A DNA stretch of 64,000 bases from Halarcobacter sp. (GTDB lineage: Bacteria; Campylobacterota; Campylobacteria; Campylobacterales; Arcobacteraceae): positions 704,001 to 768,000 of the forward strand of contig CP182352.1 of NCBI GenBank assembly GCA_048571215.1, given 5' to 3'. Numbering within the stretch: the stretch's first letter is position 1; every line of letters starts with the position of its first letter. Positions 30,841-39,665 of this stretch are shown piece after piece. Position numbers and translations under genes: made by a program. Under the pieces are notes generated by a model. That model was not told where the DNA came from and did not search any database. It worked only from the letters and a program-made list of their open reading frames with translations.

Positions 30841-30913
30841 TCTTCTAATGTACATTAAAATCGGCTGATAAAAAAATAAAGGAAATACAATGAGTAAGAT
30901 GAAGTTTTTTATA
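30836..30913 (+). repeat. Direct repeat partner of 25632-25708 (intact DUF4242 leader)
   Basis: ATAATTCTTCTAATGTACATTAAAATCGGCTGATAA... Confidence 0.85.
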
Positions 30914-31186
30914 GATACACATGACAAAGAGAGTGGAACTTTTCCAGCGGGGATTACTCCTGAACAAATGGAAGGGTTTTATAAGAAGTATGAAGCTGCT
31001 TGTGAGGAAGAGGGTGTTGTTTCTCTTCGAATACATGTAGGTTTTAAAGATGGAAAGGCATATTGTTTTAATATGGCACCAAATGCTAAAGCAGTGGAAA
31101 ATGTTCATAAAAAAGTGGGATTACCTTTTGAGACTATTACTGAGGTTAATACAATTTCTCCAGGTGATTTAGCACTATTGAGTTAA
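30890..31186 (+). CDS. DUF4242 (SCO4226-like) protein, cytoplasmic
   Basis: F.D.H start, GKAYC...AP...AV..VH...GL....I.EV pattern. Confidence 0.75.
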   Translation: MSKMKFFIDTHDKESGTFPAGITPEQMEGFYKKYEAACEEEGVVSLRIHVGFKDGKAYCFNMAPNAKAVENVHKKVGLPFETITEVNTISPGDLALLS

Positions 31187-31202
31187 TTGTGATTTTTATA
31201 TA

Positions 31203-31229
31203 TCTGTGATGCCATTTTGGCATTACAGA
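31203..31229 (+). terminator. Hairpin after first DUF4242 gene (terminator or mRNA-stabilising stem)
   Basis: TCTGTGATGCC-ATTTT-GGCATTACAGA; near-identical copy at 31731-31757. Confidence 0.55.
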
Positions 31230-31258
31230 AGACTTGGAAAATAAAGAAGGAGATACAA

Positions 31259-31714
31259 GTGAACTATGATGATAAGTATAAAAGTGAGAATATGGATGAA
31301 AGTGATTCACAAAGACGTGATTTCATAAAAAAAGCTGGTGTAGCAGCTGCCATAATGGCATTGTCACCTACATTTAGCACAATTTCAGCCAATGATGCTA
31401 TAAAAAAGAATCTTGCAAAGGGCAAGATGAAATTATTTATAGATACACATGACAAGAATAAAGGAACTTTTCCAGCAGAAATTACACCTAAACAAATGGA
31501 AGGATTTTATAAAAAGTATGAAACTGCTTGTGAAGAAGAGGGTGTAGTATCTCTTCGAATACATGTAGGTTTCAAAGATGGAAAAGCATATTGTTTTAAT
31601 ATGGCACCAAATGCCAAAGCGGTGGAAAATGTTCATACAAAAGTAGGCTTACCTTTTGATAGCATTACAGAAGTTACTACTATAACTCCAGCTGATTTAG
31701 CACTATTGAGTTAA
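31259..31714 (+). CDS. DUF4242 paralogue with twin-arginine-type signal peptide
   Basis: GTG start after AAGGAG; SQRRDFIKK plus hydrophobic stretch; C-terminal domain nearly identical to 30890-31186. Confidence 0.75.
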   Translation: MNYDDKYKSENMDESDSQRRDFIKKAGVAAAIMALSPTFSTISANDAIKKNLAKGKMKLFIDTHDKNKGTFPAEITPKQMEGFYKKYETACEEEGVVSLRIHVGFKDGKAYCFNMAPNAKAVENVHTKVGLPFDSITEVTTITPADLALLS

Positions 31715-31730
31715 GATAAAATTTTATATA

Positions 31731-31757
31731 TCTGTAATGCCTTTTTGGCATTACAGA
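31731..31757. terminator. Hairpin between convergent DUF4242 and Crp genes
   Basis: TCTGTAATGCC-TTTTT-GGCATTACAGA perfect 11 bp stem. Confidence 0.65.
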
Positions 31758-31793
31758 AGATTTAAAATCACAAAACTTTTTATCGCATAAATA

Positions 31794-32411
31794 CTAAGAT
31801 ATTGAGATAATTCCTCTACCAAGTTTTACATAACCTTGTTGTTCAAGTTTTTTAAGATTTCTACTAACTGTTTCTCTGGTTACTCCTATTATAGAAGCTA
31901 TTTTATCATGGGTTATTTTTATTGTATCAAGCCCTTGTACATATAACCAATTTAATAAGCGCTGTTCGATACTTGAAAATTTAACATCAGATAGTAGTGT
32001 TATTAGTGAGTTTAATCTTTTACCAAACATCTCCATTTTGAACTCTCTAAAAGACTCAGAATTATTTATTAACCAAAGTACAGTCTCTTTGGGCAACAAC
32101 CATCCCTCAATAGGTGTTATTGTTTCTGCTGTTGCTAGAGTTTGGTTTTGGCTTATTGTACTAAATAAATTAACTACACATTGACTACCTGGATTTACTT
32201 CATAAAGGGTCATCTCTTCTGAACCAATCTCTTTTGGTTGGATATATACTCTTACTACACCACTTTTTAAGAACAGTACATGTTGACAAGTATCTCCTAT
32301 ATAGTAAAGTATATGTTTAGAAGGCAAAATAATAGATTTTGCATCAGTTAAGATTTTTAATTTTTCTTTTTCGCTAATCTCTTTAAAACAATGATAATCT
32401 AAAAGTTCCAT
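31794..32411 (-). CDS. Crp/Fnr family transcriptional regulator
   Basis: cNMP-like N-domain (FLKSGVVRV), HTH ITHDKIASIIGVTRETVSRNL. Confidence 0.92.
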   Translation of the reverse strand: MELLDYHCFKEISEKEKLKILTDAKSIILPSKHILYYIGDTCQHVLFLKSGVVRVYIQPKEIGSEEMTLYEVNPGSQCVVNLFSTISQNQTLATAETITPIEGWLLPKETVLWLINNSESFREFKMEMFGKRLNSLITLLSDVKFSSIEQRLLNWLYVQGLDTIKITHDKIASIIGVTRETVSRNLKKLEQQGYVKLGRGIISIS

Positions 32412-32468
32412 TGATGATCCTTTTTATAATTAAGAAGTAATTTTAACAAAATAGTTCCAAAAACTCTT

Positions 32469-33080
32469 TTATTTGCTTTCACTTTGTATACTCCTAATAT
32501 ATGTTGCCAATGCTTTCATCTCTCGAATAGACAATCTATCTTTAAAATTAGGCATTGTACCAATAACTCCTTTTTTCCCATTTGATAGTACAGTTGCTAC
32601 TAAATCATCACTATAAAATTTTATATTTGGTGCAATTAGATTTATACCCTCCCCACTATCATCATGGCATGTTGCACAGGTTTTCCATCCTTTTGGTTTT
32701 TTCCCTTTTAGTCCATGCGCTACATATTTTGCAACTTTTTTTGCTTCATCTTCTTTTAATAATCCAGCAGGCATTCCAGAAGGATATATAGATTTAAAAT
32801 TATTAGAGCCATTATTTATCACATCCAAAACAGATTTTTCAGCAATTCTTTTTGTATGATTTTGTGCTTTGTTATCGTTTCCTTTTCCGTCTTTTCCATG
32901 ACAAGAGGTGCAGTGAACCATATATGTAGTCTTACCTACATTTACAAGTTGTTCAGTTTTTGTTAAAGCAGATACCTCTTTACCAAACTTATTAAAATGT
33001 ACCAATTCTACTGCCATTAGTAGTTTTGAGATTAATAGGGTAGCAAACAGCGTCACACCTGTAATTATTAAATACTTCAT
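32469..33080 (-). CDS. Dihaem c-type cytochrome (cbb3 subunit III/CcoP-like)
   Basis: CTSCH and CATCH haem motifs, SGMP/GTMP axial Met motifs, N-terminal hydrophobic anchor. Confidence 0.85.
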   Translation of the reverse strand: MKYLIITGVTLFATLLISKLLMAVELVHFNKFGKEVSALTKTEQLVNVGKTTYMVHCTSCHGKDGKGNDNKAQNHTKRIAEKSVLDVINNGSNNFKSIYPSGMPAGLLKEDEAKKVAKYVAHGLKGKKPKGWKTCATCHDDSGEGINLIAPNIKFYSDDLVATVLSNGKKGVIGTMPNFKDRLSIREMKALATYIRSIQSESK

Positions 33081-33109
33081 GTTTTTCTCCAATTTTAAAT
33101 ATATTTATG

Positions 33110-33179
33110 ATTATAAATATTTTGGAACTTTTTTTATGTGAGTCAAATCACATAAAAAAAAATGAAAATCGATTAATAT
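33110..33179. promoter_or_regulatory. Crp-type box centred between two divergent -10 elements
   Basis: TGTGA-GTCAAA-TCACA at 33137-33152; TATAAT on minus strand at 33115-33110; TAATAT on plus strand at 33174-33179. Confidence 0.8.
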
Positions 33180-33207
33180 TTTATTATCAAAACCAAAGGA
33201 TAACTCA

Positions 33208-34470
33208 ATGAAACTCTTTTTTATTGTACTAATCACACTAAATATTTTTGCAAATGACAAGTTAGAACTAATAGATTTAGCTTATAAAAGTGGCTTAGAA
33301 CCTGTTCCTAAAAACTTTGAAACTCTTTTGATAAAATTAAAAACTGATTCAAATACTTTAACAAAAGAGAAAATAGTTCTTGGGAAAAAACTCTTTTTTG
33401 AAAAAGAGTTATCCCTAAATAAAGATATATCGTGTGCTTCATGTCATAGTTTTAAAAAAGGTGGTGCAGATGGAATTAGTACAGCAATAGGGCATAAAAA
33501 AAGAGTAAATCCTTTTCATTTAAATACTCCAACAGTTTTAAATACTGCTTTTTCGAAAAACTATTTTTGGAATGGGAGAAGTAAAGCCTTAGAAGATCAA
33601 GCAAAAGGACCTTTGCAAGCACCATTTGAGATGTCCATAACTCCAAAACTAGCAGAAGAAAGAATACAAAATAATAAAGAGTATAGAAAGTTATTTAAAA
33701 AAATCTATAATGAGGATGATATTACCTTTGAAAATATTGTTAATGCTATAGCATCATATGAAAAAATCCTTATCACAAAAGGTAGATTTGATGATTTTTT
33801 ATTGGGTGATTTTAATGCTTTGAATAAAAAAGAAAAAGAGGGCTTAAAACTTTTTATTTCTAAAAGTTGTGTTGGTTGCCACAATGGTATGGGACTTGGT
33901 GGACAGGTTTTAAGAAAATTCCCCTTATCTTTTCATAAAGTTTGGAGTTTAAGTAATCCTACTGAAATAAAATACTTAGAAAAGAAATATTTGGATCAAA
34001 TGAATATATTAAAAAATATGAAATCTTTTAATAATACAAAAAGAATAGAATACTTAAATTCACAATTGTCAAAAAAAGAGATGAACTTATTAAAAGAAGG
34101 GTTTTTTAGTCAAATTAATAAAGAAAAAAGAATAGATGTTATTGCAAACCAATCCTGTACCCTTTGTCACATAAAAGATAGTTATGAAGTAAAAAGTACG
34201 ATAGAAGAAAATGTAGCTTTCCCCTTTGAAAATATAGGTGGATTCTTAGGTTCTAAAAAGCCAAAAAAATATTTTAGAGTACCCTTACTTAGAAATGTAG
34301 TTGAAACAAAACCTTATTTTCACAATGGAAGTGTAGAAAAGCTCGAAGATGCAATACGAATTATGGGTACTCATCAAAGTAGAAACGACCTATCGGATGA
34401 GCAGATTGAAAAGATAAAAGCTTTTCTAGAATCTGTAAATGGAGAAATAGTAAATTATAAAATAGAGTAG
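33208..34470 (+). CDS. Cytochrome c peroxidase/MauG family protein with three CXXCH motifs
   Basis: LGKKLFF, SCASCH, NTPTVLN, FWNGR, CVGCH, extra CTLCH, FRVPLLRNV..T.PYFHNG; signal peptide. Confidence 0.9.
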   Translation: MKLFFIVLITLNIFANDKLELIDLAYKSGLEPVPKNFETLLIKLKTDSNTLTKEKIVLGKKLFFEKELSLNKDISCASCHSFKKGGADGISTAIGHKKRVNPFHLNTPTVLNTAFSKNYFWNGRSKALEDQAKGPLQAPFEMSITPKLAEERIQNNKEYRKLFKKIYNEDDITFENIVNAIASYEKILITKGRFDDFLLGDFNALNKKEKEGLKLFISKSCVGCHNGMGLGGQVLRKFPLSFHKVWSLSNPTEIKYLEKKYLDQMNILKNMKSFNNTKRIEYLNSQLSKKEMNLLKEGFFSQINKEKRIDVIANQSCTLCHIKDSYEVKSTIEENVAFPFENIGGFLGSKKPKKYFRVPLLRNVVETKPYFHNGSVEKLEDAIRIMGTHQSRNDLSDEQIEKIKAFLESVNGEIVNYKIE

Positions 34471-34626
34471 AATCTAAACTTTGTTAACTAAAATCAAAGG
34501 GTAAGTGATAACGATAACTTGCTAGTTCACTAAAATAGGCAACAGTTTAATAATCAACTAAACAGTTGATTATATCTATCTCTTTAGAGTTTTATAGTGT
34601 TATACTTATAAAAGTTTTATTTACAT

Positions 34627-34833
34627 TTATGCTATATGTTTTTTATATTGATTTATTGATTCAAAAATTATATCCCAAATTTCAGATAGTTCTGACACAT
34701 CTTTTTGATTAAATAAATTAGAAACATCTTGTGCCATTTCATTGCTGTCAAGCTCATAACGAATCACTTTATCGTTAAACTTAACTACTATATTTTTGTT
34801 TTCTGCTGTAGCTGTATAATTACGTTCGATCAT
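34627..34833 (-). CDS. Small hypothetical protein
   Basis: 68 aa ORF with AGGA RBS. Confidence 0.55.
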   Translation of the reverse strand: MIERNYTATAENKNIVVKFNDKVIRYELDSNEMAQDVSNLFNQKDVSELSEIWDIIFESINQYKKHIA

Positions 34834-35000
34834 GTTTTATTCCTATCTATTTTTTTAAATACAAATAATTGAGAAAATAATACACTAAGAAAGTAGTCAT
34901 AAAGTAGTGAAAAGTTTCTAATATATTAAATCTCATAAAAATAAACTATATTAAATAAAATCTAGAAAAATTAAACAATATAATAGGTAATTAATTTTTT

Positions 35001-36698
35001 CTATGAAGAACATGTAATATGTGACACCCCAGCGATTCCAAAATAGTCTGATGGTTTTTTATTATAGTATTTTTCTTCTATTTCCTTTGATTGTTCATCA
35101 TATGGATTTGTCATCACTTTTTGTAACTCCTGTACTAGTTTATAGTTTCCATTTTGGGCTTCTTGGTATGCTTTTACTAGATGCAATTCTCTTAAAGTGT
35201 ATTTTGGATTGTTTAGTTTCATTTTATTTGAGAGGTTTTCTATAGACTCTTTTGAGGTTATATCTATTTTTGCTCTGTATTTTTCTAGCCAATTATTCCA
35301 TTTTGATTTTAAATTTTCATTTGCACTTATATAAAAACTTATTTCAAGTTCTTTAACATCAGTTGGTATATTTGAAAGCTCTCTAAAAAATATAGTGTAG
35401 TCGACTTTAGTTTCAATCATAAGATTAATTAGTTCATTAAATAACTCAAAATTAAAATTATTAAGACCTAGTTTATCTGCCCACATTTTTTCTATTTTTT
35501 CTTGCATAGTTTTAGAAAAGTTTTCTTCAACTCTTTCAAGTTCTTTTAATGTTTCTGGAGATGAATTAATTAAAGGTTTCAAGGCACTACAAAAGGATTT
35601 GAAGTTTTTATAGGCTGCTTGGGGTTGATTGAAAAATGAAAAGTGTACTCCTCCACCTGTCCAAGGTTGATACTCTGGGTCAAACATATCAATAAAACCA
35701 AAAGGACCATAGTCTAGTGTATATCCTCCTGCTGCACAGTTATCACTGTTGAAATTACCTTGACAATATCCAACTCTTATCCAGTTTGATACTAATGATG
35801 TAAGACGATTTTGAAACTGTTTTGCCAATTGTATTACCTTTTCTTCCAGATTTAGGTCTTGATTGATAGTATCCTTATATTCTCTATCAATTAGATGTAA
35901 AAAAAGCATTTCTAACTCTTTTAAAGCATCTGGATGCTCATTTTTTCTAGCTCTTCTTCCAAAAAGTTCAAGTTGTCCAACCCGTATAAATGAGGGTGCT
36001 ACTCTAGTAGTTATTGCCACATCTTCTTCTATCATAAGCTCTGGATCTCTTGAATAAGAATTAGGTCTAAACCAAGATCTTTGTACTTGCTCTTTTTTAG
36101 AGGTAAATAGAGTTAAAGATCTTGAAGTTGGAACTTGTAAAGAGTGCATATGCTCCTGAGCTAAAAACTCACGAATACTTGATCTTAAAACTGCACGCCC
36201 ATCAGCACCTCTACAGTATGGTGTTCTACCTGCACCTTTTAGTTGAAATTCCCACCGTTTGTCATTTATTACAGCTTCTAAAACTGAGATGGCTCTACCA
36301 TCACCATAAGCATTTTCAGTTTGAAAAGGGCACTGTGCATAATATTCTGTACCATAAATAGATAGAGCATATCCAGTTGCCCAGCCTTTATCTTTCATAG
36401 GTTTGCTAACATTTGAAATGTCCCCTGAAAACATCTTGATAAATTTATCTTCTTTTAAAAGAGCTTCACTAAAACCTAATTCTTTAAAAAAGTTTTTACT
36501 ATGGGAAATATATATTGGATCTTTTATAGGAGTAGGGCTTACACTTACGTAGTGTCCACTAAAAACCTCCCTTGGCATTTTATTATCTCCATTAAATTTT
36601 GCATCAGGGTCACTATTAAGTTTGTTTACAAAAGAATAATCAGTTAAAGAGCTAAGTTCATCAAATGTTTCTATATTTTTTTTGGAATTTTCTTTCAT
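35001..36698 (-). CDS. selO: SelO/YdiU family protein adenylyltransferase
   Basis: [43 protein letters not shown]-terminal CSS. Confidence 0.92.
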   Translation of the reverse strand: MKENSKKNIETFDELSSLTDYSFVNKLNSDPDAKFNGDNKMPREVFSGHYVSVSPTPIKDPIYISHSKNFFKELGFSEALLKEDKFIKMFSGDISNVSKPMKDKGWATGYALSIYGTEYYAQCPFQTENAYGDGRAISVLEAVINDKRWEFQLKGAGRTPYCRGADGRAVLRSSIREFLAQEHMHSLQVPTSRSLTLFTSKKEQVQRSWFRPNSYSRDPELMIEEDVAITTRVAPSFIRVGQLELFGRRARKNEHPDALKELEMLFLHLIDREYKDTINQDLNLEEKVIQLAKQFQNRLTSLVSNWIRVGYCQGNFNSDNCAAGGYTLDYGPFGFIDMFDPEYQPWTGGGVHFSFFNQPQAAYKNFKSFCSALKPLINSSPETLKELERVEENFSKTMQEKIEKMWADKLGLNNFNFELFNELINLMIETKVDYTIFFRELSNIPTDVKELEISFYISANENLKSKWNNWLEKYRAKIDITSKESIENLSNKMKLNNPKYTLRELHLVKAYQEAQNGNYKLVQELQKVMTNPYDEQSKEIEEKYYNKKPSDYFGIAGVSHITCSS

Positions 36699-36882
36699 CT
36701 ATTTTGTCCATTTATTTTTTATTTATTAAGATTTTTAACATAACTAATTAAAAAGCATAGAAAAAATAAGATTTAGAAAATTTTATTAAGTCAAAATAAA
36801 TTTTGTAAAATAAGATTTTTAAGAAATTTTTTAAAATATATGTTAAAATCAAATTTAAGTATATATATTTCAAGGTGTTGTT

Positions 36883-37275
36883 GTGTCTATTTTTGCTTTA
36901 CAATCATTGGCCGGTGGCTTTCTAGATGAAGATTTAGAACATTTTAATAAAAATTTTGATGACTGGTGTATTCAGTTTGAGAGTTATGAAGATGCTATGG
37001 ATATAGTACAAACTCTTGAAAATCAAGAAGCTATAGATATTGTTGAGATAACACCATTAAGCTACCCAAAATATTTTTTTAACTCTTTACAAGGTACTAT
37101 TTACGCAACACGACAGATTGAAGATAAGATTGTTTGTGTTGTAGAACCATTTATGGGCTCAAGTTTTAAAATTGCAGTATGTGATCTTAAAACTAAAAAT
37201 GTAAGATTATCAAAGACTAGTTATAAAAATATTCCAAGTATTGAGAATGCCTTTGCAAATTTTGGAGATATCTAA
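36883..37275 (+). CDS. Hypothetical protein
   Basis: 130 aa ORF, GTG start with AAGGTG RBS. Confidence 0.7.
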   Translation: MSIFALQSLAGGFLDEDLEHFNKNFDDWCIQFESYEDAMDIVQTLENQEAIDIVEITPLSYPKYFFNSLQGTIYATRQIEDKIVCVVEPFMGSSFKIAVCDLKTKNVRLSKTSYKNIPSIENAFANFGDI

Positions 37276-37441
37276 AAACACAATTTAAATTTGCATCTTA
37301 GAAGTTTGCTTTTAACTTTTCTTTTCCCCTTGTATCTTACGGAAACTAAAAAGGAAATTTATTTTGTTTATTTTCCATAATTACTTTACTATAAGTTGCA
37401 ATTAATTACTATGGAGTAATTGATTTTTATAGGAAGAGTAG

Positions 37442-37960
37442 ATGCAAGAAAACCAACTAAAAGCTTTTGTAAAACAAAACTCACCATGGATATTTGAGTA
37501 TATCAACAGTGAAATATTAAAAGATATAGGTAAAATTAGTCCAAATTATTTTATAACACTTATTGATGATTTTTTTGCTAAAAGTTCAGATATAAAAATA
37601 GATGATAAAGATATCTCTGCTGATAGATTCCCATATTTTCTTTTTACTTTGGTTTTGGGTGAAGCAAAAAAGCCATATACTTTTTTTAGAAAAGAGACTA
37701 TGAGTTTAAATGAGCTTTATAAAGAGGTTTCTGTTTATTATAATTATGTTCGATTTTTTATAAAAGGTGATGATTTTTGTATTGATTTGATTCAAACAAA
37801 GATGGGAGTAACATCATTAGATGAAGAGATTATAAAGTTTTCAAAACGAATTCCTATGAAAAATACAGGTATTAAAGAGTTTATAAATAAAAGAGAAGAT
37901 GAGGTATTAAATGAAAGCTTACAAAAAATAAAACAAGAGATCAATACTATTCTTGACTAA
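37442..37960 (+). CDS. Hypothetical protein
   Basis: 172 aa ORF with AGGAAG RBS. Confidence 0.7.
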   Translation: MQENQLKAFVKQNSPWIFEYINSEILKDIGKISPNYFITLIDDFFAKSSDIKIDDKDISADRFPYFLFTLVLGEAKKPYTFFRKETMSLNELYKEVSVYYNYVRFFIKGDDFCIDLIQTKMGVTSLDEEIIKFSKRIPMKNTGIKEFINKREDEVLNESLQKIKQEINTILD

Positions 37961-37992
37961 AGTTTAAGAACAAATCTTGCATAGCAATTTTT

Positions 37993-38160
37993 ATGAGTAC
38001 CTATCCTTTATATTGCAATAATTGCAAAAAAAATTATAATGTTCGTAAAGAAGATTTAGAACTAATGAAAAAACATAACAAAGAGTTTGATGGAAAAGAG
38101 TATCTTAAAGGTTGTTTCTTTAAAGATTTAACAAATATCAAAAAATCAAAATCAAACTAA
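37993..38160 (+). CDS. Small CxxC-containing ORF (55 aa), possibly a gene remnant
   Basis: MSTYPLYCNNCKKNYNVRKEDLELMKK...KGCFFKDL; below ORF-track cutoff; weak RBS. Confidence 0.35.
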   Translation: MSTYPLYCNNCKKNYNVRKEDLELMKKHNKEFDGKEYLKGCFFKDLTNIKKSKSN

Positions 38161-38225
38161 TATATACAATATAAGTTTAAGAAGATATAATTTTCTTTGT
38201 TAAATATTATTATATGGATTAAAAA

Positions 38226-39041
38226 ATGAAATTAAAAAAATGGCTATTTTTAGCAGTAGTACTTGTTATTTTGTATTATACCTTTATTGTAAATACTTTT
38301 CTAACTTTTGCAGTTATTGCTGCTTTAATCATAGCCTTTAAACTATATAAGTTTTATGCTAATAAGAGATTAAATAAGTTAACAAGTTCAAAAGAGGCTT
38401 TTAGAGAAAGTGAGTTGGGACATTTTATTGCACTTGTTGCAAAAGTTGCAAAAGCAGATGGTAGAGTTCAAGAGTTAGAAGCCCAACTTATTAGCATGAT
38501 GTTTGATGATATCTCTAAAGTATTTGATGAAAAAGAAAAAGCTAGAGCTATTATGAAAGAGATTTTCAATGAAGAGAAACAAACTCTTGATGATACAAAG
38601 CAGATAACTCAATCTTTAAATAAACTTCTTAGTAAAAGCTTATTAAAACGAAGACAATATATAAGCTTTTTAATTCAACTTGCGTATATTGATAGTGGAA
38701 TTGGTTCTGATGAAGAGAAACTTTTACGGCAAATTATAAAAGATTTAAATATGTCACCAGAAGTTTATGATGCCATTGTTAATAGTTTTGAAAATAGAAT
38801 GAAAAATGCTCAACAAACAATGAGTGCTTCAGAAGCTTATAAAATCTTAGGTGTAAATGAAAATGATGATATGAATAGTATCAAAAAAGCTTATAGAAAG
38901 CTAATTAGAGAGTATCATCCAGATATTATAAGTTCGCAAGATAAAGATGAATCTTATATGGAAGAAGCAACTGCAAAAACACAAGAGATAAATCAAGCTT
39001 ATCAAGTTATCAAAGACCTTAGGAGTAAAAATGGATTATAA
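38226..39041 (+). CDS. DjlA-like co-chaperone (TM + TerB + DnaJ domain)
   Basis: AKVAKADGRV TerB motif; AYKILGV...YHPD J-domain. Confidence 0.88.
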   Translation: MKLKKWLFLAVVLVILYYTFIVNTFLTFAVIAALIIAFKLYKFYANKRLNKLTSSKEAFRESELGHFIALVAKVAKADGRVQELEAQLISMMFDDISKVFDEKEKARAIMKEIFNEEKQTLDDTKQITQSLNKLLSKSLLKRRQYISFLIQLAYIDSGIGSDEEKLLRQIIKDLNMSPEVYDAIVNSFENRMKNAQQTMSASEAYKILGVNENDDMNSIKKAYRKLIREYHPDIISSQDKDESYMEEATAKTQEINQAYQVIKDLRSKNGL

Positions 39042-39633
39042 AAAATTTGCCGAACTTAGTCCTTGCGATTATGCAGGACCTTTACAAAGAGAAAACTTCA
39101 TGGATGCAGGAATAAAACAGTTGTGGTTAGATATTCCAAGAATAGCAGGACCAGCTTTTACTGTTAAGATGGTTGCAGGGGATAACTTAGCACTTCATAG
39201 GGCAATCTATGAGGCACCAAAGGGTTCAATTATAGTTGCGCAAACAAACTCAATGGATTATGCAGTTTCTGGTGGAAATGTATGTGCCATAGCACAAGGG
39301 CTTGGTATTGCTGGATTTGTTATTGATGGTGTTGTTCGCGATATTGGAGAAGTTAAGCAGATGAAATTTCCTATTTTTGGTAGGGGAGTTATACCAATGC
39401 CAGGTATAAAAAAAGCAGTTTTACCTTTGAATACTCCAATCGTAGCAGGGGGTATTGATGTTAATCCTGGGGATATTATAGTTGCAGATGAAGAGGGTAT
39501 TGCTGTAATACCAAAAGATAAAGCAAATGAAATATATGAAGAAGCTAAAAAAAGAGTTGATGAAGAAGCAGCTATGGGGTTAGAAAAATGGGCTGAAAAT
39601 CATCGTAAAAAAATAGATTCATTTTATAAATAA
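39031..39633 (+). CDS. RraA/HMG aldolase family protein
   Basis: GPAFTV, GDNL, IDGVVRD, VNPGDIIVADEEG. Confidence 0.9.
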   Translation: MDYKKFAELSPCDYAGPLQRENFMDAGIKQLWLDIPRIAGPAFTVKMVAGDNLALHRAIYEAPKGSIIVAQTNSMDYAVSGGNVCAIAQGLGIAGFVIDGVVRDIGEVKQMKFPIFGRGVIPMPGIKKAVLPLNTPIVAGGIDVNPGDIIVADEEGIAVIPKDKANEIYEEAKKRVDEEAAMGLEKWAENHRKKIDSFYK

Positions 39634-39665
39634 GTATTGATATGGATGAAATCTATTTTATATAA

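Noticed and set aside
35001..35015. Selenocysteine at the SelO C-terminus
   Set aside because: The sequence encodes TGT (Cys)-Ser-Ser-TAG; there is no in-frame TGA
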